From assembly GCA_045613905.1 (NCBI GenBank), contig JAZLBW010000021.1, positions 20,316 to 84,315 on the forward strand: a stretch of DNA of 64,000 nt, given 5' to 3'. The notes under the pieces were generated by a model that was given only the letters and a program-made list of their open reading frames with translations, did no database searches and was not told the DNA's origin. The DNA is from Candidatus Caccoplasma sp. Its GTDB lineage: Bacteria; Bacteroidota; Bacteroidia; Bacteroidales; G3-4614. A program made the position numbers and the translations under genes. Shown piece after piece: positions 38,451-48,380 of the stretch (the stretch's first letter is position 1; every line of letters begins with the position of its first letter).

Positions 38451-41162
38451 TTATTCAACTGCAGCCTGAGCAGCTGCTACGCGAGCGATAGGCACGCGGA
38501 ATGGGCTACAGCTTACATAGTTCATACCAAGTGAAGCACAGAATTTAACTGATGATGGCTCACCACCGTGCTCACCACAGATACCAACTTTCAAGTGGCT
38601 CTTAGTTGAACGTCCTTTTTCAGTACCCATCTTAACAAGTTGTCCAACACCCTCTTGGTCTAAGATTTGGAATGGATCGTTTTTCAAGATACCTTTCTCT
38701 TGGTAAACTTTCAAGAATTTTCCAGCGTCGTCGCGAGAGAATCCGAATGTCATTTGAGTAAGGTCGTTAGTACCGAATGAGAAGAAGTCAGCAACTTTAG
38801 CAATTTCGTCAGCAGTAAGAGCTGCACGAGGAACCTCAATCATTGTACCAATCTTATAGTCAACTTTTGCTCCGCGCTCTGCAAATACTTGCTCTGCTGT
38901 GGCTGTGATAACCTCAGCTTGCATTTTAAGCTCGTTCAAAGAACCTACAAGAGGAACCATGATCTCAGGAGTTACCACTGTTCCCTCAGCTTGTGCGTCC
39001 ATAGCAGCTTCGATGATAGCGCGAGCTTGCATCTCTGTAATCTCAGGATAAGTACATCCTAGACGGCAACCACGGTGTCCAAGCATTGGGTTGAACTCTG
39101 CAAGAGAGTCAACAGCGTTTTTAACCTCTTCGATTGTCAATCCCATCTCTTCAGCAAGTTCTTTTTGAGTTGCTAATTGATGAGGTACGAATTCGTGTAG
39201 AGGAGGATCGAGTAGGCGGATAGTAACACCAAATCCATCCATTGCTTTGAAGATTCCGTAGAAGTCTTGACGTTGCATTGGAAGAAGTTTTTTAAGTGCT
39301 TCGCGGCGTCCCTCTTCGTCTTTAGAAAGAATCATCTCACGCATAGCTTTGATACGATCTCCCTCGAAGAACATGTGCTCTGTACGGCAAAGACCGATAC
39401 CTTTAGCACCGAATTTACGAGCAACCTCAGCATCGCGAGGAGTATCAGCATTTGTGCGAACATCCATTTGAGTGAATTTCTCAGCGATATCCATGATAGC
39501 ACCGAAGTCTCCGCTCAAGTCAGCCTCAACAGTTCTTACTTGACCGTCGTAAACTTCACCTGTAGATCCGTTCAATGAAATCCAATCACCCTCTTTATAT
39601 ACTTTACCGCTCATCTCAATTGTACGAGCTTTGTAGTCGATAATAATTTCTCCTGCACCAGATACACAGCATTTACCCATACCACGAGCAACTACGGCAG
39701 CGTGAGATGTCATACCTCCGCGAGCTGTTAGGATACCTTGTGCGACGTTCATACCGCGAAGGTCCTCTGGAGAAGTCTCGATACGAACAAGGATAACTTT
39801 TTTACGTTTCTCTGCCCAAGCCTCTGCATCGTCAGCGAAGAATACGATTTGACCAGATGCGGCACCTGGAGATGCGGGAAGACCTTTAGCCATTACTTGT
39901 GCCTCTTTAAGAGCTACTTTATCAAAGATTGGGTGTAGCAACTCGTCAAGTTTTTGAGGCTCCATACGTTTCAATACAGTTTTTTCGTCGATTTGTCCAT
40001 CGCGAAGCATGTCCATAGCGATTTTTACCATGGCAGCACCTGTACGTTTACCGTTACGAGTTTGCAATAACCACAATTTACCATCTTGGATAGTAAACTC
40101 AAGGTCTTGCATATCTGTAAAGTAATCTTCCAATTTTTGTTGAGTCTCGATAAGGTCTTTAGCACATACAGGCATAGCCTCTTCAAGTGAAGGATATTTA
40201 GCAGCACGCTCTTCCTCGCTGATTCCTTGAAGTTTTGCCCAACGACGTGAACCCTCAAGTGTGATTTGTTGAGGAGTACGGATACCAGCAACAACGTCCT
40301 CTCCTTGTGCATTGATTAGGTACTCACCATTGAAGATGTCCTCACCTGTAGCAGCGTCGCGAGTAAACGCAACACCTGTTGCAGATGTTTCTCCCATGTT
40401 TCCGAATACCATTGCTTGTACGTTAACAGCAGTTCCCCATTCTTCAGGAATTTGGTTCATACGGCGGTAGTAGATAGCACGCTCGTTCATCCAGCTGTCA
40501 AATACTGCACAGATAGCACCCCAAAGTTGTTCCCATGGATTATCGGGGAAGTCTTTACCTGTTCTCTCTTTAACTGCGCTCTTGAAAAGTTTTACCAACT
40601 CTTTAAGATCTTCAACGTCAAGTTCAGTATCTAATTTTACTCCTTTAGCCTCTTTTACTTTGTCCATTACTTCCTCGAATGGATCGATGTCAGTTTTGCT
40701 TTTGGGTTTCATTCCAAGAACAACGTCTCCGTACATTTGTACGAAACGACGGTATGAGTCCCATGCAAAACGAGGATTGCCTGATTTCTCAGCGATACCT
40801 TCAGCAACCTCTTCAGTAATACCAAGGTTAAGTACTGTATCCATCATACCGGGCATTGAAACTCTAGCTCCTGAACGAACTGACACCAATAGTGGGTTCT
40901 TAGGATCACCGAATTTAGTTCCCATTAGGCTCTCAACATAAGCGATTGCATTCTCAACCTCTTCTTTAATCATTGCAACAACTGCCTCTTTGCCCTCTTT
41001 TGTGTAAGTAGTACAAACTTCAGTTGTGATGGTAAAACCAGGAGGAACAGGAACTCCAATTAAGTTCATCTCTGCAAGGTTAGCACCTTTACCTCCAAGA
41101 AGATTTTTCATATCGGCACGGCCTTCTGCTTGTCCGTTACCAAAGGTATAAACTCTCTTCAT
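38451..41162 (-). CDS. ppdK: Pyruvate, phosphate dikinase
   Basis: 903 aa with an ATP-grasp N-domain, the phosphohistidine swivel domain GGMTSHAAVVARGMGK and a PEP-utilising C-domain (GLCRTEHMF, SFGTNDLTQ, CGEHGG). Confidence 0.96.
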   Translation of the reverse strand: MKRVYTFGNGQAEGRADMKNLLGGKGANLAEMNLIGVPVPPGFTITTEVCTTYTKEGKEAVVAMIKEEVENAIAYVESLMGTKFGDPKNPLLVSVRSGARVSMPGMMDTVLNLGITEEVAEGIAEKSGNPRFAWDSYRRFVQMYGDVVLGMKPKSKTDIDPFEEVMDKVKEAKGVKLDTELDVEDLKELVKLFKSAVKERTGKDFPDNPWEQLWGAICAVFDSWMNERAIYYRRMNQIPEEWGTAVNVQAMVFGNMGETSATGVAFTRDAATGEDIFNGEYLINAQGEDVVAGIRTPQQITLEGSRRWAKLQGISEEERAAKYPSLEEAMPVCAKDLIETQQKLEDYFTDMQDLEFTIQDGKLWLLQTRNGKRTGAAMVKIAMDMLRDGQIDEKTVLKRMEPQKLDELLHPIFDKVALKEAQVMAKGLPASPGAASGQIVFFADDAEAWAEKRKKVILVRIETSPEDLRGMNVAQGILTARGGMTSHAAVVARGMGKCCVSGAGEIIIDYKARTIEMSGKVYKEGDWISLNGSTGEVYDGQVRTVEADLSGDFGAIMDIAEKFTQMDVRTNADTPRDAEVARKFGAKGIGLCRTEHMFFEGDRIKAMREMILSKDEEGRREALKKLLPMQRQDFYGIFKAMDGFGVTIRLLDPPLHEFVPHQLATQKELAEEMGLTIEEVKNAVDSLAEFNPMLGHRGCRLGCTYPEITEMQARAIIEAAMDAQAEGTVVTPEIMVPLVGSLNELKMQAEVITATAEQVFAERGAKVDYKIGTMIEVPRAALTADEIAKVADFFSFGTNDLTQMTFGFSRDDAGKFLKVYQEKGILKNDPFQILDQEGVGQLVKMGTEKGRSTKSHLKVGICGEHGGEPSSVKFCASLGMNYVSCSPFRVPIARVAAAQAAVE

Positions 41163-41388
41163 TCTTTAAGATGTGTTTAGTTAATATATAAAAATTAAGT
41201 ATTTTGTTCTATTTCAAACTAACTACAAAAGTAATAATATCTGTCTGATTTTGCAAGAGGAATTAAGGCTAAATGATAAAAAAAATAAAAAAAATATTTT
41301 ATGGCTGTAATTCGGCTAATTATATGTAACTTTGAAAGGTTTTTTTAAGACAATACAGGTAATAATTTAATATAAAACTTAATTTAAA

Positions 41389-42798
41389 TTGGCACGTAAA
41401 AAGAGAGAATTACCCTTAATTGAGGGCGTTGAAATAAAGGGTGTTGCAGCAGAAGGTAAAGCTGTTGCGAGAGTGAATGATTTAGTAGTGTTTATTCCCT
41501 ATGCAGCCCCCGGTGATGTGGCTGATGTTCAACTTACACGTAGAAAAAACAGTTATGCCGAAGGTAAGGTTGTTGCAATAAAAGAGTATTCCCCATTCAG
41601 AGTGGAGCCAAAATGTCGCCATTTTGGAGTGTGTGGAGGTTGTAAGTGGCAACATCTTGATTACTCAAAACAAATTGAGTATAAACAACAGCAAGTGGTT
41701 GATAACCTTACTCGCATAGGAAAAGTTCAACTGCCCGAGATATCTCCAATATTAGGTTCTGAAAAACAATATTACTACAGAAATAAATTGGAATATACTT
41801 TTTCAAATCGCTCATGGTTGACTAAAGAGGAGTTGGATTCTCAACAAGAGTTTACATGTCGCGATGCTCTTGGTTTTCATATACCCGGAATGTTTGATAA
41901 AGTTCTTGATATTAAGGAGTGTTACTTACAAGATGATATATCAAATGAGATACGCCTTTCTATCAGAAAGTTTGCTATAGAGAACGGATATTCGTTTTTC
42001 GATTTGAGAGCACAAGTGGGAGACATGCGAGGAATGATAGTTCGTACATCGTCAACAGGAGAGATAATGCTCATTGTTATTTTTGCGACTGACGATAACG
42101 AAAAAATCTCTAAAATGATGCAACATGTAGCATCTTCATTCCCACAAATAACATCGTTGATGTATGTTGTAAATCAAAAATGTAACGATATCATTAGTGA
42201 TTTGCCAATTATGACATGGAGGGGTAAAGATCACATTATTGAACAGATGGAGGAGTTGCAATTTAAAGTTGGACCAAAGTCGTTCTATCAAACAAACTCA
42301 GAGCAGGCATACAGATTGTATAGTGTCGTAAGGGATTTTGCAGCACTTACGGGAGATGAATTTGTATATGACCTTTATACAGGAACAGGTACAATTGCAA
42401 ACTTTGTTGCGAAGAAAGCAAAAAAAGTCATCGGTATAGAGTATGTTCCTGAAGCCATCGAGGATGCAAAGGTAAATTCAAAATTGAATAATATCGAAAA
42501 CACATATTTCTTGGCAGGAGATATGAAGGACATTTTGACTAATGAGTTTGTTGAGAAGAACGGTCGCCCCGATGTTATAATAACAGATCCACCAAGAGCC
42601 GGAATGCACGAAGATGTGGTTAATGTAATTCTTGCAGCGGCACCCGACAAAATTGTATATGTAAGCTGTAATCCTGCAACACAAGCTCGCGATGCAGCGA
42701 TGTTGGAGAGTGCATACAAAATAACAAAAGTTCAACCTGTTGATATGTTCCCTCATACTCACCACGTTGAAAACGTAATGTTGTTTGAAAAGAGATAA
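41389..42798 (+). CDS. rlmD: 23S rRNA (uracil(1939)-C(5))-methyltransferase RlmD
   Basis: N-terminal TRAM domain, Fe-S cysteine cluster CRHFGVCGGCKWQH, SAM motif DLYTGTGT and catalytic VYVSCNPATQARD. The only in-frame start near the N-terminus is TTG at 41389. Confidence 0.88.
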   Translation: MARKKRELPLIEGVEIKGVAAEGKAVARVNDLVVFIPYAAPGDVADVQLTRRKNSYAEGKVVAIKEYSPFRVEPKCRHFGVCGGCKWQHLDYSKQIEYKQQQVVDNLTRIGKVQLPEISPILGSEKQYYYRNKLEYTFSNRSWLTKEELDSQQEFTCRDALGFHIPGMFDKVLDIKECYLQDDISNEIRLSIRKFAIENGYSFFDLRAQVGDMRGMIVRTSSTGEIMLIVIFATDDNEKISKMMQHVASSFPQITSLMYVVNQKCNDIISDLPIMTWRGKDHIIEQMEELQFKVGPKSFYQTNSEQAYRLYSVVRDFAALTGDEFVYDLYTGTGTIANFVAKKAKKVIGIEYVPEAIEDAKVNSKLNNIENTYFLAGDMKDILTNEFVEKNGRPDVIITDPPRAGMHEDVVNVILAAAPDKIVYVSCNPATQARDAAMLESAYKITKVQPVDMFPHTHHVENVMLFEKR

Positions 42799-42835
42799 CG
42801 ATAAATTCATCATATTATAAACACAGATATTAGAT

Positions 42836-44215
42836 ATGCAAAAATTAAGCGATAAAGCCTCAGTTAGATGGGGAGTGATGATAATAGTATCATTCACAAT
42901 GATGTGTGGTTATATACTCACAGATATAATGGCTCCAATGAAAGAGGTTTTAGAAAGTGAGTTAAATTGGAGTAGTACTGACTATGGTATATTTTCAGGA
43001 GCATATGGTTACCTGAATGTATTTTTGTTGATGATTATTTTTGGAGGATTGATACTCGATAAATTGGGTATTCGTTTTACAGGATTAACATCTGCATTGT
43101 TGATGATGGTTGGTGCTGCCATAAAGTATTTTGCAATAAACGATCTTCCTTCAACAGTTGAAGTATTTGGAATAAACAGCCAGGTATTTTATGCGTCATT
43201 GGGATTCGCAATATTTGGTGTTGGTTGCGAAATAATGAACATTACTGTTACCAAAATAATAGTAAAATGGTTTAAAGGAAAAGAGATTGCTCTTGCGTTG
43301 GGATTGCAAGTTGCAATAGCCCGTATAGGAACTATTATGGCTCTTATGTTTGCCATGCCTATTGCTGAGTATTTCGGAGTAATGGAAAATGGTAAATTGG
43401 TCGATTATAATCAGGCAATGCCAATTTTAATGTGTTTACTCTTCTTATGTATTGGATTTGTAGGTTTTATCGGATACACATTCTTTGATAAAAAACTTGA
43501 TAAACAGACAAACGGTGCAGTCGATGAAGATGGAGACGAAGAGAAATTTAAACTTTCTGACGTTAAGAATGTAGTTGCAAATAAAGGTTTTTGGTTAATT
43601 GCCATAATCTGTGTATTTTTCTATTCGGCTGTATTTCCATTTTTGAAATATGCCTCAGACTTAATGGTGCATAAATATAATGTAGAACCTTCGTTGGCTG
43701 GAATAATACCATCGGTGTTGCCATTTGGAACAATGGTGCTTACTCCTCTGTTTGGTATGATGTATGATAGAAAGGGATATGGTGCATCAATAATGATTTT
43801 TGGATCGTTGTTGCTTGTGGTTGTTCATGTTCTATTTGCCATGCCAATATTCAACAATTGGGTATTTGCATTGATATTAATGTTTGTTTTAGGAGCAGCA
43901 TTTTCACTTGTCCCATCGGCAATGTGGCCTTCAGTTCCTAAGATAATCAACGAAAAAGAGTTAGGAACAGCCTATTCTCTAATATTTTGGGTGCAAAATT
44001 GGGGTCTTATGGGATTCCCTCTTTTGATAGGTTGGATTCTTGAAAAATACTGTATAGTTTCATCTGTAACCGATGATAAAATAAAGTACGATTATACATT
44101 ACCTATGATAATATTTGCTTCGTTGGGAGTCGTTGCAATGCTTTTTGCCCTTTGGTTGAAGAGAGAAGACAAAGCAAAATCGTACGGATTGGAAGAACCT
44201 AATATAAAAAAGTAG
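42836..44215 (+). CDS. MFS transporter
   Basis: About 12 predicted transmembrane segments with a charged central loop (DEDGDEEKFK). Substrate unknown. Confidence 0.85.
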   Translation: MQKLSDKASVRWGVMIIVSFTMMCGYILTDIMAPMKEVLESELNWSSTDYGIFSGAYGYLNVFLLMIIFGGLILDKLGIRFTGLTSALLMMVGAAIKYFAINDLPSTVEVFGINSQVFYASLGFAIFGVGCEIMNITVTKIIVKWFKGKEIALALGLQVAIARIGTIMALMFAMPIAEYFGVMENGKLVDYNQAMPILMCLLFLCIGFVGFIGYTFFDKKLDKQTNGAVDEDGDEEKFKLSDVKNVVANKGFWLIAIICVFFYSAVFPFLKYASDLMVHKYNVEPSLAGIIPSVLPFGTMVLTPLFGMMYDRKGYGASIMIFGSLLLVVVHVLFAMPIFNNWVFALILMFVLGAAFSLVPSAMWPSVPKIINEKELGTAYSLIFWVQNWGLMGFPLLIGWILEKYCIVSSVTDDKIKYDYTLPMIIFASLGVVAMLFALWLKREDKAKSYGLEEPNIKK

Positions 44216-44268
44216 GAGAGTATATGTAGCTGTTATAACAGTTTCTAAAAGTGCAACTGAAAATATAA

Positions 44269-44859
44269 GTGGAACAGTATATTGAAATAGTAGGAACAAT
44301 TGTAGGCTTAATATATTTATGGCTTGAATATAAGGCAAACATATATCTATGGTTGGTGAGTATAATAATGCCTGCAATATATTTATATATATTTTATGTT
44401 GCAGGTCTTTATGCCGATTTTGCCATAAACATATACTATCTGCTTATAGCCATATATGGTTGGTTGGCATGGAAGTATGGATTCAAACTATTTCCTCAAA
44501 AAGAAAAGGGTAATAGAGTTGAAATGTTGAAAATATCTCAACTGCCAAAAAAACTATGGACAAGGTTGGTTGCAGTATATCTACCATTACAGTTACTGAT
44601 AACATGGGTACTTGCAACTTATACAAATAGCGATGTCCCTTGGTTAGACTCTTTTACAACATCAGTGAGCATAATAGCTATGTGGCTTTTGGCTCGCAAA
44701 TATGTTGAACAGTGGTTGGTTTGGATAGTTGTGGATGTAGTAAGTGTAGGATTATATCTATATAAAGATTTGTATTATACATCAGTTTTGTATGCTATAT
44801 ATGCGGTTATTGCAGTATTTGGATACATTAAGTGGAGAAAAATAATGCAGAGTAATTAA
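44269..44859 (+). CDS. pnuC: PnuC-family vitamin transporter (nicotinamide riboside transporter family; context suggests the thiamine-type PnuT)
   Basis: About 7 transmembrane segments with a W-rich PnuC-like sequence (YLWLEYKANIYLW, WLDSFTTS, WIVVDV). GTG start. It lies directly upstream of the thiamine diphosphokinase gene. Confidence 0.8.
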   Translation: MEQYIEIVGTIVGLIYLWLEYKANIYLWLVSIIMPAIYLYIFYVAGLYADFAINIYYLLIAIYGWLAWKYGFKLFPQKEKGNRVEMLKISQLPKKLWTRLVAVYLPLQLLITWVLATYTNSDVPWLDSFTTSVSIIAMWLLARKYVEQWLVWIVVDVVSVGLYLYKDLYYTSVLYAIYAVIAVFGYIKWRKIMQSN

Positions 44860-44871
44860 AAGAATTCCTTT

Positions 44872-45495
44872 ATGAGTGATTTCATAGACAATATAGAGGC
44901 TGTAATTTTGGCAAATGGCGATTATCCATCGCATCAAATACCGTTGCATATATTGCATAGTAGCGATTATGTAGTATGCTGTGATGGCGGAGCCGATGCC
45001 TATATTGAAAAAGGATTTGTTCCTAATGCTATAATTGGAGATGGAGATTCAATATGTGCTGAAAACAGAGTGCGCTTTTCTGATATAATCTTTTTTGTAC
45101 CCGATCAAGAGACAAATGACCAAACCAAAGCAATTAATTTTTTGATGTCAAAAGGGTATAAGAATATTGCAATAGTTGGAGCAACAGGTAAACGAGAGGA
45201 TCATACAATAGGTAATATCTCGCTCTTGGTAGATTATAAGCGAATGGGAGTTGAAGTAAGATGTTATACCGATTATGGTATCTTTATTCCCTGTAAAGAC
45301 GAAATTTTAATGCCATCTGCCGAAGGGAAACAGCTATCTATATTCAACGTAAATGCAACATCATTTTCTTCAGAAGGGCTACAATATCCTATTTACGATT
45401 TCTCCTCTTTATGGCAAGGAACTCTGAACAGATGCACTTCAGATAGCTTTACGATAAAAGCGGAAGGGGAGTACTTGCTGTTTGTTGCTTATTGA
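44872..45495 (+). CDS. Thiamine diphosphokinase
   Basis: TPK motifs VCCDGGA, IGDGDS, DQETNDQTKA and GATGKREDH, plus a C-terminal thiamine-binding domain. Confidence 0.88.
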   Translation: MSDFIDNIEAVILANGDYPSHQIPLHILHSSDYVVCCDGGADAYIEKGFVPNAIIGDGDSICAENRVRFSDIIFFVPDQETNDQTKAINFLMSKGYKNIAIVGATGKREDHTIGNISLLVDYKRMGVEVRCYTDYGIFIPCKDEILMPSAEGKQLSIFNVNATSFSSEGLQYPIYDFSSLWQGTLNRCTSDSFTIKAEGEYLLFVAY

Positions 45496-45501
45496 TATAG
45501 A

Positions 45502-46191
45502 CTATTTTTTTCTACCTTTGATATTATACATGTAAGAGATAGAAGCAAGTATCGATTGATTTGACGATACAGAGAAGTAATCGGCACTCTTGTTGTTGAA
45601 AATATCTGCAAGACCAAAATAATAACGTCCCTCCAATATGATAGAGTGGCGGTTCTTTATTCTCACTTCACAGCCCAATCCTCCTGTCAAACCATAATCA
45701 AAAGGTTTGTCAACACTCATGTTATAGTGAGTTGTTTCTCTGTTAATTGCAAACTTAGGAATTGCGTTCAAATCAAAGTTCGATTTTGTGTTCTCTCCAA
45801 TGCACACACCTATTTGTGGTCCGAGGTTTACAAAGAATCTAAAACTCTTTTTACCAAAATATACATGAGCTAAAAAAGGAAGTTCAATGTAGTTAAGAGT
45901 TCTGCTGTATTGATATGCTGCATCGTTCTCTTCAAATTTATCTTTCCAGCCTTTTTGGGCATAATTTAACTCTAAAATAAGTCCAAAAAAACGCTCTTCA
46001 ATATATTTCATGGATACACCACCTAAGGTACCCATTTCCATAGATTGTTTAATATTTGGAGCTATGGATAGTTGAGAGAATGTTATACCTCCTTTTGCTC
46101 CAAACCATAACTCTTTGTCAATTTTTTTTTGAGCAAAAGAGAGCGACGAGGCAAATAACAATATGGTTAAAAGGGTATATAAACGTTTCAT
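45502..46191 (-). CDS. Outer membrane beta-barrel protein (OMP_b-brl_2 / PorT-like family)
   Basis: Signal peptide, alternating amphipathic strands and a C-terminal aromatic-rich strand. Its start overlaps the upstream LysM gene stop (TAATG at 46189-46193). Confidence 0.75.
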   Translation of the reverse strand: MKRLYTLLTILLFASSLSFAQKKIDKELWFGAKGGITFSQLSIAPNIKQSMEMGTLGGVSMKYIEERFFGLILELNYAQKGWKDKFEENDAAYQYSRTLNYIELPFLAHVYFGKKSFRFFVNLGPQIGVCIGENTKSNFDLNAIPKFAINRETTHYNMSVDKPFDYGLTGGLGCEVRIKNRHSIILEGRYYFGLADIFNNKSADYFSVSSNQSILASISYMYNIKGRKK

Positions 46192-48080
46192 TATTTAACT
46201 TTTTCTTTAACGATTTTGTACTCAGGAGTAAAAGTAACAAAGTATAAGTTTTTATTTACCAAACCACTTTCATCAGATATTCTGTCAAACGAAAAATCTG
46301 TTTGGATACTATGTGATTCTATGGTCTCTAAATACTGTTCAAAGTTATTGCTATGTCTTAGGAGACCGTTTATTAAATATATTCCTGTGTCATATCCTAA
46401 TATATTTGGAGCAGGGAGTATAGAACTCTTTTCTCCTCCAAACCAATATCTAAAATTCTTATTAAAGTCTTTCCAGTTAGCCTTTGTTGGTTGTGCATAA
46501 AAACGGGTAAAGATAGTAGTGTTTAAAGAATGGAAAGTTTCCATATAATCCTTAATGTATGTTTGCCATTCGGGATAACCGAAAATGGATACATTTACAG
46601 TTGGATTGCTATCTTTAACTCTGGTGGCAATTGCGCATGTTTTTGCGACACCGCTTTTTGTGGATGAAGAGGCAATAAAGATAATGTCTGAATTACTATT
46701 TATTGTCTCGTTAAGTACTTCATAGTCGGTAATATCGTTAAATGAGAATTTCTTGTATTCTTTACCGATAAGTTTCAATTCTTCACATATTGCATCAACA
46801 AACTCCTGCTTGTCATTCTTTTCTTGATTGTCAATTAAGAATATAATCTCTTTGTAAGCAGTTATATCAATTAAGTGTTTGCATGCAGCATCAAAGAAAA
46901 TAGAGCTTGGTATATGACCTTGTATTATATATTGGTTATTCTCATACTCTCTGTTTTTAACAGAAAACGAATTAACAAGATATATCTTATTCTTTTTTGC
47001 AAACTCACCCAATAGCTTTATATCTTCGCTTTTGTCCGAGCCAAAGATAATATCTATATGCTGCATCTCAGGCTTTTGAAGAATCTCGTTTAGATTCTCT
47101 GTGTTACCATTTGTGTCGAATGTATATACATTGGCTTTTAACCCGTTGTTTTTTAAACTATCTAATGCCAATAACAAACCTTTGTAATAGTCTGCGTAAT
47201 GAGATTGACTTCCCGAAGAACTTAATTTGAATGGCAATATAACAGCAATGTTTATCTCTTTTGAATATGTCTCGTCAGAGCCATTATTGTTTATGATTAT
47301 GTGCTCATTTTCAGCCTCATATTCATCTACGACATTCAAAACCTCCCTTGTCATTGGAATGTTTAGAATATCATCTTTCATTAAGCTCTTTATATTGGGA
47401 TTACATGCAATAATTGCATCAACCGTTGTGTTGAATTTTTGAGATATACTATAAAGGGTCTCTCTTCTTTTGACAACATATTTTTCAGTATTGTATGTTA
47501 CACCGTCAATAATTACTTTATTTTCCGGAGTTATATTTACCTCTTCATCTTCAGTTTTGGTGAATATATCTTCCTCTTGTTGTTGTGGCAATTCATTAAC
47601 GGGGTTTTCTTTTATTTCCGGTTCACTCTCTTGTTTTTGGGTTTTAGAACTACCAACGGTTAGAACTTGTCCAACCTTTATGGAATTTGAATTAAGCTTA
47701 TTAAGATTCTTAATTTCATTTATTGATATGTTGTACTGTTTTGATATTCCATATAGGCTTTCTCCCTGTTTAACGATGTGTCTAATAGGCTCTTCCACAG
47801 TAATGCCATCATTGCCTTTAGCTTTGCTTGATATGGGTATATAAAGTTGTTGACCTTTGTTTAATCCGTTTTTAGCTTCAGGATTAAATTTTACAATTTC
47901 ATCGCGAGTTGTTGCGAATTTTTTGCTGATACTGTAAAAACCCTCTCCTGGCTGAACATTATATATATAACAGTCGGTACCGTTTATAGTTGTTTTTTTA
48001 TAACTGTTGGTTCCGTATGAATAAATACTTACAAATAGAATAAATATTGTAATTACCGATATTCTGCCAAAAAGTTTCAT
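46191..48080 (-). CDS. LysM-repeat protein fused to a periplasmic-binding-protein (PBP type 1)-like domain
   Basis: Three LysM-like units (YNVQPGEGFYSISKKF, HIVKQGESLYGISKQY, YVVKRRETLYSISQKF) followed by a ~350-aa PBP1-like domain. Confidence 0.8.
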   Translation of the reverse strand: MKLFGRISVITIFILFVSIYSYGTNSYKKTTINGTDCYIYNVQPGEGFYSISKKFATTRDEIVKFNPEAKNGLNKGQQLYIPISSKAKGNDGITVEEPIRHIVKQGESLYGISKQYNISINEIKNLNKLNSNSIKVGQVLTVGSSKTQKQESEPEIKENPVNELPQQQEEDIFTKTEDEEVNITPENKVIIDGVTYNTEKYVVKRRETLYSISQKFNTTVDAIIACNPNIKSLMKDDILNIPMTREVLNVVDEYEAENEHIIINNNGSDETYSKEINIAVILPFKLSSSGSQSHYADYYKGLLLALDSLKNNGLKANVYTFDTNGNTENLNEILQKPEMQHIDIIFGSDKSEDIKLLGEFAKKNKIYLVNSFSVKNREYENNQYIIQGHIPSSIFFDAACKHLIDITAYKEIIFLIDNQEKNDKQEFVDAICEELKLIGKEYKKFSFNDITDYEVLNETINSNSDIIFIASSSTKSGVAKTCAIATRVKDSNPTVNVSIFGYPEWQTYIKDYMETFHSLNTTIFTRFYAQPTKANWKDFNKNFRYWFGGEKSSILPAPNILGYDTGIYLINGLLRHSNNFEQYLETIESHSIQTDFSFDRISDESGLVNKNLYFVTFTPEYKIVKEKVK

Positions 48081-48289
48081 AATTCTATATTGTTGTTTGT
48101 AAATATAATTACAGAGTGCGAAGTTATGAAAAAAACCTTATTAATGCAACTTGTAATAAATCAACCCTCTTTACGTTTATTTAATGTATTTGTCAGGTAG
48201 CTCTAATAATGCACGAAATTATTCTTATTTATATGAAAAAACAAGAGAAAAATTCTAATTGAAATAAAATCATAAAAATATATAAAACT

Positions 48290-48297
48290 TAAATTTG
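48290..48297 (+). promoter_or_regulatory. -7 promoter box TAaaTTTG upstream of the T9SS type-B cargo gene
   Basis: TAAATTTG lies 83 nt upstream of the ATG at 48381. Confidence 0.35.
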
Positions 48298-48380
48298 TTT
48301 ATAATTTGACAGAGCTGTTTCAATAAAATTACTATTTAAAATTGTATCTTCGCATATAAATTATACGCAATATAAATTCA

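Noticed and set aside
44216-44268. An expected TPP riboswitch upstream of the PnuC-family/thiamine diphosphokinase pair, and also at 42799-42835.
   Set aside because: The spacers are only 53 and 37 nt and lack the conserved CUGAGA and ACCUGAU-type cores. They are too short to hold a ~100-nt aptamer.
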